A stretch of 64,000 bases of DNA, taken from positions 1 through 64,000 of the IMG/VR virus record IMGVR_UViG_3300045988_097954; one strand, given 5' to 3'. Made by a program: the position numbers and the translations under genes. The notes below the pieces were generated by a model that saw nothing but the letters and a program-made list of their open reading frames with translations, was not told where the DNA came from and did not search any database. This document shows positions 53,644 through 62,544 of the stretch, piece by piece (position 1 is the stretch's first letter; each line of letters starts with the position of its first letter). The stretch comes from a virus.

Positions 53644-53808
53644 ATGGATAGAGAATTAAAAGAGAAATTATTTATGTTTATCGACATAGCATCGGTATTG
53701 ATTACCCTTGGGTCATTTATTCAAGTGTTTGTCTTTGGTAATCAAGATTGGTTTGGAGCAATGTTATTATGTCTAGCAATCTCTTGTTTCTTACCATTGT
53801 TTGATTAA
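53644..53808 (+). CDS. small membrane protein
   Basis: 54 aa with two hydrophobic segments. Confidence 0.5.
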   Translation: MDRELKEKLFMFIDIASVLITLGSFIQVFVFGNQDWFGAMLLCLAISCFLPLFD

Positions 53809-53820
53809 CAGGAGGTATAT

Positions 53821-54081
53821 ATGCGTTTTAGTCAAGCATATGAACAATTGTTAAATGGTGCAGCCATCCGCAGATATCATTGGGGTACACACCAATATCT
53901 ACGCATGAAAAATCATCAGTTATATATGTATGCCAATGGTACTCAACAAAAGGTTGACTGCATTAAGGCTTCTGCCATTATTGCAACCGATTGGCAAACT
54001 TGTGATGATATCTATAAAACAACACGAGTACAACAAGACGATTTATTACAGTATTTACAAGAGTTGAATAACTCGTTATAA
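53821..54081 (+). CDS. DUF2829-like (Tad2-like) small protein
   Basis: FSQAYEQLLNGAAIRRYHWG...IIATDWQ. ACAGGAGG SD. Confidence 0.5.
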   Translation: MRFSQAYEQLLNGAAIRRYHWGTHQYLRMKNHQLYMYANGTQQKVDCIKASAIIATDWQTCDDIYKTTRVQQDDLLQYLQELNNSL

Positions 54082-54095
54082 ACACAGGAGGACAT

Positions 54096-54491
54096 ATGAA
54101 AACATCGGTAAGAATCAATGGAGTAGTCATACAGGATTCTATTAAAAAGATTGAAGATTCTTCTGTATTGGTCGATAAGTTATTGGCGACATTCAATAAT
54201 ACAGCATTTACATCCGTTGAAGATGTTATGTTATATTTGTATAGACTTAAAGAAAATATGAGTACTAGACACCAGTGGAAACATAAAAAATTGCGTGGTT
54301 TATTACGACAACACCACATTCGTTTATGTGATTTATCAGAACGGACAGGGATTAATATTGCGACGTTGTCTCTAAAGATGAATGGTCGCAAACTATGGAC
54401 TGAATCAGACAAAGACGCTATTTTGACAGCACTTGGATTGCAATATTCCAAACAACTGGATAAAGAATTGTTTGAAACACAGGAGAACTAA
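54096..54491 (+). CDS. HTH DNA-binding protein
   Basis: The C-terminal half IRLCDLSERTGINIATLSLKMNG is HTH-like. Confidence 0.5.
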   Translation: MKTSVRINGVVIQDSIKKIEDSSVLVDKLLATFNNTAFTSVEDVMLYLYRLKENMSTRHQWKHKKLRGLLRQHHIRLCDLSERTGINIATLSLKMNGRKLWTESDKDAILTALGLQYSKQLDKELFETQEN

Positions 54492-54493
54492 TT

Positions 54494-54904
54494 ATGGATA
54501 TTACACAGGGGAACATTATTAGATACGCAGGTACATATTATGCGGTATTGTCTGTTGATTATAAAGATAAGACTTGCTTATGTATAAATAAACTTGGGGT
54601 TGTCTCTACGTTCGACCTAAGTTCTATTAGCCAAGTTTATAAGACTGAAGTGTTAGAGACCGTATTGTCTGCTTTAGATAATTTTGAGATAGATAGACGT
54701 AATGACATATCCAACAATACCATCGAACTAATTAAACATTTGAATGAAATGCTTTTTAGATATAATGATGAATATTATCAAGTAACAGATAAAATTAAAC
54801 GAGATGGTAATTATTTCTATATTCAAGTTGAATGTTGTGAAGAAAAACGTTTTGATTGGGTAGAACTACAAGTTTTACTCAATAGAATTACACATGGAGA
54901 TTAA
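54494..54904 (+). CDS. hypothetical protein
   Basis: 136-aa ORF with an ACAGGAG SD. Confidence 0.6.
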   Translation: MDITQGNIIRYAGTYYAVLSVDYKDKTCLCINKLGVVSTFDLSSISQVYKTEVLETVLSALDNFEIDRRNDISNNTIELIKHLNEMLFRYNDEYYQVTDKIKRDGNYFYIQVECCEEKRFDWVELQVLLNRITHGD

Positions 54905-54909
54905 TAACT

Positions 54910-55422
54910 ATGAGTAAATTTATAAAAGGTGAACTAGTACAATACTGGTTTGGAAAAACAGTTGTTTTCTTAAACTATTGTATTGCTGGTGCAGAATGTA
55001 TTGTTTATAACCCAAAACGTGATGTATTTGAAGTCCTCGACAGTAGAAGATTAAAACCTATTGACAGATATGGTTTCCATAGATATACAATCGATGTTGA
55101 AAATGGTATTGATTCAATAAAAGAAGAATATAACTTTAAAATGTTTGATTTATATTTCAAGGCATTACCAATTGCAGAAAAACACTTAGCTCTGTTTAAA
55201 TCTTTAGAAGGGTGTACATTAGATTTGTCTGACAGCAAACTACAGGTTACCAATGTTACTATTGGAGAGAATGAGTCTCACGATTGGAAAGACTTAATTG
55301 AAATCACTGGTGTTAGAACACGTAATGACTGTAGTAAAAACTATTGTGCACCACTTAGTGTTTTAAACCCCAATAGTAAACTGTTGAGAAAAATGACTGA
55401 ACAAACATGTGAGGACTTATGA
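54910..55422 (+). CDS. hypothetical protein
   Basis: 170-aa ORF. Confidence 0.6.
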   Translation: MSKFIKGELVQYWFGKTVVFLNYCIAGAECIVYNPKRDVFEVLDSRRLKPIDRYGFHRYTIDVENGIDSIKEEYNFKMFDLYFKALPIAEKHLALFKSLEGCTLDLSDSKLQVTNVTIGENESHDWKDLIEITGVRTRNDCSKNYCAPLSVLNPNSKLLRKMTEQTCEDL

Positions 55423-55649
55423 AAGAAAAGCATATGAAGTACGGTGGAATCATTAAACTAATGGATAATGTCTACGGACATATATTGCCGCAAGATACAT
55501 ATGAAAAGGCACAAATGGAATTACAAAGATGTTGTATGAGATGTCGACCAATTTTAACTGAATATTGGGTCGGTGAAATTGCCGATGCAGGTTTGTATCA
55601 TTATTTAGACCATTGGTTTTTAGATGAGTATGGAGAGTGGGTGTTTTAA
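55419..55649 (+). CDS. hypothetical protein
   Basis: 76-aa ORF with an overlapping start. Confidence 0.55.
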   Translation: MKEKHMKYGGIIKLMDNVYGHILPQDTYEKAQMELQRCCMRCRPILTEYWVGEIADAGLYHYLDHWFLDEYGEWVF

Positions 55650-55903
55650 TGCTGCAAAACACACAATACACCGTCCAATGGACTAACAGCTTAACAAATG
55701 AGTTGCATACACACGGAACTTATGATACAATAGATTTGGCAATACAATCAATTTACGATTGGTGGGAAGAAAATGATTATACACCAAAGTATATGCGTGT
55801 GATAGACCACGGAGACCATCTCATGATTGACTATGGGTTGCACTATTGCTTTTATTCCATTGTGAAAACAACAGATTGTGAAAACAACAGGAGGAACGAA
55901 TGA
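55649..55903 (+). CDS. hypothetical protein
   Basis: TAATG overlap. 84 aa. Confidence 0.55.
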   Translation: MLQNTQYTVQWTNSLTNELHTHGTYDTIDLAIQSIYDWWEENDYTPKYMRVIDHGDHLMIDYGLHYCFYSIVKTTDCENNRRNE

Positions 55904-56241
55904 ATAAAGACCAAAGTCCATACCAACGAGTTCACGAAACGATGTCTACCATTGCAAAGGGCGTTGGGAAGAATACTAATGACATAACAGCAAACGATGA
56001 GTCCATAAAAGAGCTATGGGAAGCTCACAGAAATGTATTACATACGTTTGCAAAACTTAATGGCGTCCTCGATAGTAACACTGAATTACATAAATTGCAT
56101 ACGCAACGTATGGACAGACATCAAACACAAATTCAAGAATTACAACAGGATATTAAACATACAAAACGAGTACTATTGGTGTACGTATGGTTTATTGCCG
56201 TAGTGAATCTTGGGTTCTTGCTATATGGCTTGTTTCAATAG
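55900..56241 (+). CDS. C-terminally membrane-anchored coiled-coil protein
   Basis: 113 aa with a C-terminal TM segment. ACAGGAGG SD. Confidence 0.6.
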   Translation: MNKDQSPYQRVHETMSTIAKGVGKNTNDITANDESIKELWEAHRNVLHTFAKLNGVLDSNTELHKLHTQRMDRHQTQIQELQQDIKHTKRVLLVYVWFIAVVNLGFLLYGLFQ

Positions 56242-56250
56242 GGGGTACGT

Positions 56251-56592
56251 ATGTATTACTTAGACAAGTTTAAAAAGCATGGGTGGAACTCTTTAGAGCC
56301 ATATGAGCAGAATATGTTGGCGGTCTCATGTTTTAGTGTTTATCCAATAGAAAAATTCTATAAAGATATTCTTGTCAACGAAGTGTTATACAAAAACTTT
56401 GGAACATATCATTTAATCCACCAGTCTGTATCCATAGGGTTTTATTCTAAGACACATAAAACTATATATCATAAGCCTGATACAGATACATATTGGATGA
56501 TAACGTGGCAAGAAGATAAATTCAGCGGATATACTTATGAATTCGATTTGTATCAACTAGAGAGATATGCAGATGGTTTCAGAAGGGTGTAA
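56251..56592 (+). CDS. hypothetical protein
   Basis: 113-aa ORF. Confidence 0.6.
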   Translation: MYYLDKFKKHGWNSLEPYEQNMLAVSCFSVYPIEKFYKDILVNEVLYKNFGTYHLIHQSVSIGFYSKTHKTIYHKPDTDTYWMITWQEDKFSGYTYEFDLYQLERYADGFRRV

Positions 56593-56595
56593 CAT

Positions 56596-56931
56596 ATGAA
56601 AAGTACATGGGATATAGACAAGGGTTATCAGCCGCCGTTTGACCGCTTGTGTCAAAAAGTGAAAGAGCAAGAAAAAACTATTAAAGAATTAAACGAAAGA
56701 ATTAATGCTTTAGAGTTTGTGTCAGGGAATCATTCAGACAGCATGGTTACTGCTGTTAAAACAGAGTTGATGCTGTCAAGTTCTATCGACAGAATAAAAC
56801 AGGATATTCAATATTTAAAGAAAACACAAGGTGTTCCGCTAAAGGCATACGATTGGTTATTAATTTTTGTTGTCCTTTCTGTGATATTCTGTTGGGTGAT
56901 TATCCCTGCGTTTAGTCTTTGGTTTAAATAA
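56596..56931 (+). CDS. C-terminally membrane-anchored coiled-coil protein
   Basis: 111 aa with a C-terminal TM segment. Confidence 0.6.
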   Translation: MKSTWDIDKGYQPPFDRLCQKVKEQEKTIKELNERINALEFVSGNHSDSMVTAVKTELMLSSSIDRIKQDIQYLKKTQGVPLKAYDWLLIFVVLSVIFCWVIIPAFSLWFK

Positions 56932-56944
56932 CAGGAGAAAAGCT

Positions 56945-57127
56945 ATGATGTTTAAACATAATAAAAAATATATGTGTAAGCATTTGAATACTTGTAGTAT
57001 TTGTGCTCCAGAAGGACACTTAAATAATTTATTTGAAGAAGGCTGGCAATTCCATAGCGTATTTACTGCTGGTCTTGCCAATGGTGGTTCAGCCGAATAC
57101 GTGATTTTGTACAAACAGGAGGATTAA
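56945..57127 (+). CDS. small protein, DUF4177-like (GW motif)
   Basis: EEGWQFHSVF..AEYVILYK. Paralogous in pattern to the next ORF. Confidence 0.45.
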   Translation: MMFKHNKKYMCKHLNTCSICAPEGHLNNLFEEGWQFHSVFTAGLANGGSAEYVILYKQED

Positions 57128-57333
57128 TGAGACAAACAGTACAGACATTCTTCCCTGATAAAGACGATGGTCTTGAACAAAGTATAAACAATTTTCTTAA
57201 ACTTGGGTGGCTTGTAGTTTCAATCGTTCCTTTTACCGCTAGTGATGGTCTCATGGCTTATACAGTTGTATTCCAAGAAAAGGAAGCCACAGGATATAAA
57301 CTACAGGGCAAACAGGAGGATATATGCGAGTAG
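57127..57333 (+). CDS. small protein, DUF4177-like (GW motif)
   Basis: KLGWLVVSIVPF..MAYTVVFQ. Confidence 0.45.
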   Translation: MRQTVQTFFPDKDDGLEQSINNFLKLGWLVVSIVPFTASDGLMAYTVVFQEKEATGYKLQGKQEDICE

Positions 57334-57992
57334 AACTACAGAATTATACACCACTCAATACATCGGCTCATGCCATGGGTCAATGCTATGGTAAGACAGT
57401 AGATGAAAACGCATTGGTGCGTGCCATCCGTAGTGGACATTTGTCTCTTTTAGAGCATACAATCGTATCATTTGACATCGAAATGTCTCAAAAGTGTTTG
57501 GCTCAAATCACACGACACAGACATCTGTCATTTACGGTCAAGTCAACACGTGGTACAGACTTTGGAGATGCATCATGGTTTAACAACACACAACATCCTG
57601 AGATTTCAAATGACATGGGTAAGCTGATGAATAAGCTGGTGGAGAACCAAATTATCGAATACAGGCGTTTGATTCAATCAGGTGTTCCATATCAAGTTGC
57701 AGCATATGTACTACCATTGGGAACAAACGTAACAATGACCGTGAGTGGCAACCTGAGGGCATGGATGGAGTATTTACCCAAGCGACTTTGCAAACGAGCA
57801 TCTACAGAACACCAACAGATTGCACGTTTGATTTTTGAACGCTTGAATTATTTGTATCCGTCTATTGTAAATTTAGAAATGCTTGGTATGTGCGTTGGAT
57901 GCAAAGAAATCTCGTGTGACTTTACGTCTCACAAGAAACAGCCAAAAGAACCAGTTATATTGGATTTAAAACAGGAGAAAACACATGAATAA
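57324..57992 (+). CDS. thyX: flavin-dependent thymidylate synthase ThyX
   Basis: ThyX signature ITRHRHLSFTVKSTR (RHRxxSxxxxSxR). Confidence 0.85.
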   Translation: MRVELQNYTPLNTSAHAMGQCYGKTVDENALVRAIRSGHLSLLEHTIVSFDIEMSQKCLAQITRHRHLSFTVKSTRGTDFGDASWFNNTQHPEISNDMGKLMNKLVENQIIEYRRLIQSGVPYQVAAYVLPLGTNVTMTVSGNLRAWMEYLPKRLCKRASTEHQQIARLIFERLNYLYPSIVNLEMLGMCVGCKEISCDFTSHKKQPKEPVILDLKQEKTHE

Positions 57993-58224
57993 ATTAGTAG
58001 TTGGATTCGCAGCATTATTGGCAATTGTTTTAACCATTGGTGCTGTTGCCACAAAAATCGTATGGATTGCCACATTTGGTGCATTTGTATTGGCATTAAT
58101 TGGTCTCTTTGGTGTCACAATGAGCGTGGCATGGGGATTACTATGGTTTGCACTCAAGTTGACATTGGGCATGTTCATTTTGTTAGTCATTGGTAAAGTC
58201 GTTGGCGACAATATGAAAGCGTAA
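57985..58224 (+). CDS. small membrane protein (2-3 TM)
   Basis: 79-aa hydrophobic ORF. Confidence 0.6.
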   Translation: MNKLVVGFAALLAIVLTIGAVATKIVWIATFGAFVLALIGLFGVTMSVAWGLLWFALKLTLGMFILLVIGKVVGDNMKA

Positions 58225-58228
58225 ACAT

Positions 58229-58435
58229 ATGGATAACAAGTTATATACCATCAGTATGCACGGCAATTTTTCAATCGAGAAAGACTTTGTGGCACAGTCT
58301 AAAGAAGATGCATACTCTTTAGCAGAAGAATTTCTTGATGATTTATATCTAAACAGTATGAATTTTGATGACGACTTTGACTCAGTTATTTATAGCACAG
58401 TAGATATTGTATCAGAAATACAGGAGGATTTATAA
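58229..58435 (+). CDS. DpnD/PcfM-like small acidic protein
   Basis: Pattern YTISMHGNFSIEKDFVAQSKEDAYSLAEEF. Paralogous to the next ORF. Confidence 0.4.
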   Translation: MDNKLYTISMHGNFSIEKDFVAQSKEDAYSLAEEFLDDLYLNSMNFDDDFDSVIYSTVDIVSEIQEDL

Positions 58436-58623
58436 TGCAAACATATGAAGTAGAAATTAGCGGTGAACTATTAGGTACGGTTCTTGTTGAAGCAGAGTCG
58501 GAAGAAGCTGCGGAACAATATATCAATAGCCTACCTCACGATGTAAGTATTAAAACTTTATTACAAATGGATTTAGATGCTGATGTTTCAAATATTGGTG
58601 TCGAATCTGTCAACGAGGAATAA
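58435..58623 (+). CDS. DpnD/PcfM-like small acidic protein
   Basis: MQTYEVEISGELLGTVLVEAESEEAAEQYI matches the Y.V.I....V.VEA.SeEEA pattern. Confidence 0.5.
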   Translation: MQTYEVEISGELLGTVLVEAESEEAAEQYINSLPHDVSIKTLLQMDLDADVSNIGVESVNEE

Positions 58624-58625
58624 CA

Positions 58626-59066
58626 ATGGATATAAAAATACCGTTTCAACCAGGAGACATCATTCAACATAAAGACGGTGGTTGTGCCATTGTCAATCAT
58701 GTGAATGAGCACTTGTGCCTAGTCGGATGCTTCAATAGCACCACAGCATATACCCTCGGTGAAGGAGACTTTGGAATATGGCATAAGATTGGCACATATG
58801 ACTTAACCAATATTGCATCCGCCATCAAACAAGCTAAAGATGAATACATTGACATACAAACTCAAGTTAATATGGCACTTCAAATCATGGGTCATACATA
58901 TGCTCATGCAGGCGACTCACGCAGAACTTTAATTGGAGACACAATTTCTGTAAATAAAGAATTAAACAAAGTTTTTATTCAAGTGTATCCTGATATTGGA
59001 GACCCATATACGTCTGAGCCAGTATTAGATATTATTAAAAGATTTGATATAAAAATTTCAAAATAA
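58626..59066 (+). CDS. hypothetical protein
   Basis: 146-aa ORF. Confidence 0.6.
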   Translation: MDIKIPFQPGDIIQHKDGGCAIVNHVNEHLCLVGCFNSTTAYTLGEGDFGIWHKIGTYDLTNIASAIKQAKDEYIDIQTQVNMALQIMGHTYAHAGDSRRTLIGDTISVNKELNKVFIQVYPDIGDPYTSEPVLDIIKRFDIKISK

Positions 59067-59069
59067 TTA

Positions 59070-59098
59070 TTGACACACAAAACCCCAGCTGATATAAT
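59070..59098 (+). promoter_or_regulatory. consensus sigma70-like promoter embedded in a long inverted repeat
   Basis: TTGACA-17-(TGA)TATAAT. The -10 lies in the 5' arm of the inverted repeat 59083-59099 / 59165-59181. Confidence 0.65.
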
Positions 59099-59218
59099 GT
59101 AATCAATAGGTAGATATAACACCTGTTAGACATTCGATGTCATTAGACATCATATGTTGTAAAACATTAGATTATCTGGGGTTTTTAATACAAACGACTG
59201 AAAGGAGTAGGACAACAT

Positions 59219-59419
59219 ATGGAACTACCAGAGAAAGAATACAAGAGGTTCACTCGCAGTCTTAACAAAGGTCGAAAGTTACTAAATGGGATACAAAAGA
59301 AAAAGACTCTGACGGAAAACGACCGTAAGGACTACTGGGAGAAACAATCAGAATTATTAAAAGAACCAACTTGTGCATGGTATTGCGCAATGGTTCGAGA
59401 CATTATTTTAAGAAAGTAG
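59219..59419 (+). CDS. hypothetical protein
   Basis: 66-aa ORF with an AAAGGAG SD. Confidence 0.6.
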   Translation: MELPEKEYKRFTRSLNKGRKLLNGIQKKKTLTENDRKDYWEKQSELLKEPTCAWYCAMVRDIILRK

Positions 59420-59427
59420 GAATCATT

Positions 59428-59742
59428 ATGTTATTTAAAATCAGTTTAGACACAAGTACACACTTTATTAGAAGTTTTTCTTTCGATGCACAGGCATCTA
59501 AGATTATTATTCTCGACAATGAACTTAGTGGAGTTTCTATTCCATTGAAAGTCTCAAGACATGAACCAGTGTTGTTATCTAAAATGTTTAATACAATGAC
59601 TCACCAACTCATGGAAGAAGCCATTGAAACAAACAAAGGATATGTATACATCAATCTACGTACCTTCTTGGAAAATTACGAATCGGCACTTAAAGATACG
59701 CCTGTAAGAACCATGCGAAAACGTAAGGTATATGAGTTTTAG
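59428..59742 (+). CDS. hypothetical protein
   Basis: ATG at 59428. The track's earlier start overlaps the previous gene. Confidence 0.55.
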   Translation: MLFKISLDTSTHFIRSFSFDAQASKIIILDNELSGVSIPLKVSRHEPVLLSKMFNTMTHQLMEEAIETNKGYVYINLRTFLENYESALKDTPVRTMRKRKVYEF

Positions 59743-59754
59743 CGGAGGTGCATC

Positions 59755-60036
59755 ATGAGTAATTTACCAGAGTTTCTACAGGGCAAATCTTGTTTTGACG
59801 GTAGACCATCTCCGTCCGTATCAGAAGACTTCCTTAAAGAGTTCTATGCCAAAGAAAACGAACGCAAAAAACACATGAAGGTGTGTCCAGGGTGTGGTAA
59901 ATGGTTTACACCAAAACGTTCAGACCAAGTATATCACACAAATACATGTAAACAACAATACTTTAGCCGTTTATACCAACAACAAAAACAAGAATTAATT
60001 GATGAAGAATTAATCGCAGGAGGATGGGTTTTATGA
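59755..60036 (+). CDS. zinc-ribbon protein
   Basis: CPGCGKWFTPKRSDQVYHTNTC. Confidence 0.55.
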   Translation: MSNLPEFLQGKSCFDGRPSPSVSEDFLKEFYAKENERKKHMKVCPGCGKWFTPKRSDQVYHTNTCKQQYFSRLYQQQKQELIDEELIAGGWVL

Positions 60037-60464
60037 CAGACAATCAAATTACAAAAGAAGAAATTATTGACGCCACAGCTAGCTATTATTTGACTTACTA
60101 TATGAATAAAATTGCAACTAATATGGAGTCAAACAAAACCAAAGAACGAAATATTGTGCTACACCACTTGAGATATTCTATGTATAAATCGTTACTAAAA
60201 ACTATTCAAGACCAGCATTTGTCGATTTATGGTTTACAACAACAGATTGCCGAATGGAAAACCATTCGTAAAATTAAAGATATTAAACTATTGTTGCCAA
60301 ACGCCAATACAGAGGAACTAACGAAAGCTGATTTACAGAATGTCCGTTTGTTAGTACGTGAGATAGACCAAATTGTAAAATTAGTAATAACTCAACTAAC
60401 TAAGGTATTGGACAAATGCGATTCTTTGGTTGATAAACAAGAACCAACACAGGAGGATAACTAA
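60033..60464 (+). CDS. hypothetical protein
   Basis: CAGGAGG SD 9 nt before the ATG at 60033. ATGA overlap. Confidence 0.6.
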   Translation: MTDNQITKEEIIDATASYYLTYYMNKIATNMESNKTKERNIVLHHLRYSMYKSLLKTIQDQHLSIYGLQQQIAEWKTIRKIKDIKLLLPNANTEELTKADLQNVRLLVREIDQIVKLVITQLTKVLDKCDSLVDKQEPTQEDN

Positions 60465-60724
60465 TGGAAACGCAAGATTTAAACGAAATAATTAAACAAC
60501 AGAACGAAATTATTGCGGTTAAAGACTCTAAGATTGAGATTCTGGAAGAACACATCGGTGAGCTAAAGAATAAAATCAGAAACCTCTCAGATGAAGTCTT
60601 TTGGCTTGAATACGATAAGTCTTACCGCCAACAGGAATCAAAAGAATCTCATGACTGGTTCGGACTTGTTATGTTTATTGTTGCTCTAGGGGCAGTTATG
60701 GCAATGGTGATGTTATGTCGATAA
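60464..60724 (+). CDS. coiled-coil protein with C-terminal TM
   Basis: 86 aa. ACAGGAGG SD. Confidence 0.6.
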   Translation: METQDLNEIIKQQNEIIAVKDSKIEILEEHIGELKNKIRNLSDEVFWLEYDKSYRQQESKESHDWFGLVMFIVALGAVMAMVMLCR

Positions 60725-61158
60725 ACAATAATAAAGATTTTTGGGATACAATGTTTAATGCCTTGTATAATACATCAGAACAAGATTGGAGTGACTTTGT
60801 GAAAACATTTGACGAGCAACATAAGAAAAATACAAATGTTATTCAATGGTTTTCTAAAGGATATATCTTTAAGGGCAACCAAAGATTACCTATTGATGAA
60901 AAACTATTGGTAAATAAATACATATGTTTTTATATGAAAGAAAATACTCCAGATGCTGACAGCGGATATCTTATGTCTACTAAAGAGTTGCAAGCTTTGG
61001 GTGATTTCTTAGGCGAAAATCAAGATATTTTTACAGAAAACATGAATTCTCAAACTGCTGCACTTTATGTAGAATCCTTAGAGTGGCTACAAGGAGCACT
61101 AGATTTTGCAAATGCTGGTCTTGAAGTTTATATTAAGGTAATACAGGAGGTAAACTAA
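60715..61158 (+). CDS. hypothetical protein
   Basis: 147-aa ORF. Confidence 0.6.
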   Translation: MSINNNKDFWDTMFNALYNTSEQDWSDFVKTFDEQHKKNTNVIQWFSKGYIFKGNQRLPIDEKLLVNKYICFYMKENTPDADSGYLMSTKELQALGDFLGENQDIFTENMNSQTAALYVESLEWLQGALDFANAGLEVYIKVIQEVN

Positions 61159-61571
61159 TGTATATAACTAATGAAAAACAATGGTGTTGGACTACAGATT
61201 ATACTTGTGGAGAACCACAGAATTCTATTGAAGATGCCATTAGAAACTTTTATGAATATGACTGCGATAACTTGGATTACCCCTTAGTAGAAATCGGTCA
61301 TCCGACATATTATGTTCCACAAATGTTTGATGCAGAAGCAATTATGTGGGATATGAATGATAAAATTGCAGAAGAATTTGATATTGATTTAAACGATGAA
61401 TTAACGACAGACCAAGACTTAGAATTAGAGGACTTATTACAACAGACTTTATATAAGTTCTTAAAACAACATAATTTACATGAGCGTGTATGGACTGTGT
61501 TTAAGTCTAAAGAATACAGACCAGAGGATTACGGCATTAGTCGCACAGATTATGATTATTCACAGGAGTAA
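61158..61571 (+). CDS. hypothetical acidic protein
   Basis: 137-aa ORF with an ACAGGAGG SD. Confidence 0.6.
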   Translation: MYITNEKQWCWTTDYTCGEPQNSIEDAIRNFYEYDCDNLDYPLVEIGHPTYYVPQMFDAEAIMWDMNDKIAEEFDIDLNDELTTDQDLELEDLLQQTLYKFLKQHNLHERVWTVFKSKEYRPEDYGISRTDYDYSQE

Positions 61572-61597
61572 CACCTGAGCAAGTAAGCACAAGGTTG

Positions 61598-61879
61598 ATG
61601 CAAGCAAGACCAATTGTAGAGCCTGAAATGATTAAAACCTTAAAAACTCCCAAGGGTCTTATTAGAGTTGGTGACATCATTGTTTATAATATCACTAACA
61701 ACGCAGCATATATCGGCACAGTCAATAATTTTGACAATAATAAAATCTATATTACAGATTCTTTACTAATCAGTATCCTGGATGGGATTAAGGTCTCTAG
61801 GGGAACTATATATAGTTGTTTTATAGATGACATAGATACTATTATACCAAAAACCAACGACCAAACTCCAAAAAATTAA
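61598..61879 (+). CDS. hypothetical protein
   Basis: About 93-aa ORF. Start is the ATG at 61598 or the TTG at 61595. Confidence 0.55.
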   Translation: MQARPIVEPEMIKTLKTPKGLIRVGDIIVYNITNNAAYIGTVNNFDNNKIYITDSLLISILDGIKVSRGTIYSCFIDDIDTIIPKTNDQTPKN

Positions 61880-61958
61880 AAACCAAAATTTAGAATTTAA
61901 GATTTCAAAAATAAGATTTAATACCATGGTTTTTTACCATATATTTCACCCCTAGGTG

Positions 61959-61987
61959 TTGACATATGTTTATAACTATGGTATTAT
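61959..61987 (+). promoter_or_regulatory. sigma70-like promoter
   Basis: TTGACA-17-TATTAT. Confidence 0.6.
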
Positions 61988-61993
61988 ACTTGT

Positions 61994-62219
61994 AGACAAC
62001 AGCTGTTTAGTGCTTTGGATGTGGTTGATAGTTCTTTTGTAGTCTTTAGTAGTCTTTTATAGGAGTATAGTTTTGTTTTTATGTGGATGTTCTGTATATG
62101 GTGTTTAGTGTCTATGGATAAACTGTTGCTGTTGTCTACACAAGAGACCACCTGAGTTTATCAAGCCGATGTATCGCCATATGCGGCATCATATATGATA
62201 CTCCTGGTGGTCTTTTTTT
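61994..62219 (+). ncRNA. candidate about 220-nt sRNA (promoter to terminator, closed by a 15-bp stem)
   Basis: CTTGTAGACAACAGC (61989-62003) is the perfect inverse of GCTGTTGTCTACAAG (62128-62142). The terminator is AGACCACC...GGTGGTCT plus T7. The only ORF is 24 codons with a poorly spaced SD. Confidence 0.4.
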
Positions 62220-62544
62220 GTTGATATACTTGTGTTCTTATATACAATTTCACGACCAGAGAATACATATGAATAATCGCACACGATGTTTTGTTTATGT
62301 TTATGTCATGAAGTCTATTGGTGAAACATGTGTTGTAATGTATATGCTTATTACTTACGACATCATAAGTCAAGAAAGAAAACATTGTTTTGTTATCATA
62401 TGTCTTTTATAGATGACACCACGGACATCTACCATAGAATAAAACACTTGTATTTACCCTGTGTGGTGTGTCTCTGGCTGTGCCAAGCCAAATATATCAC
62501 CGTGGTATTTAACATACCATATAGACGACATATGTGAATTTTAT

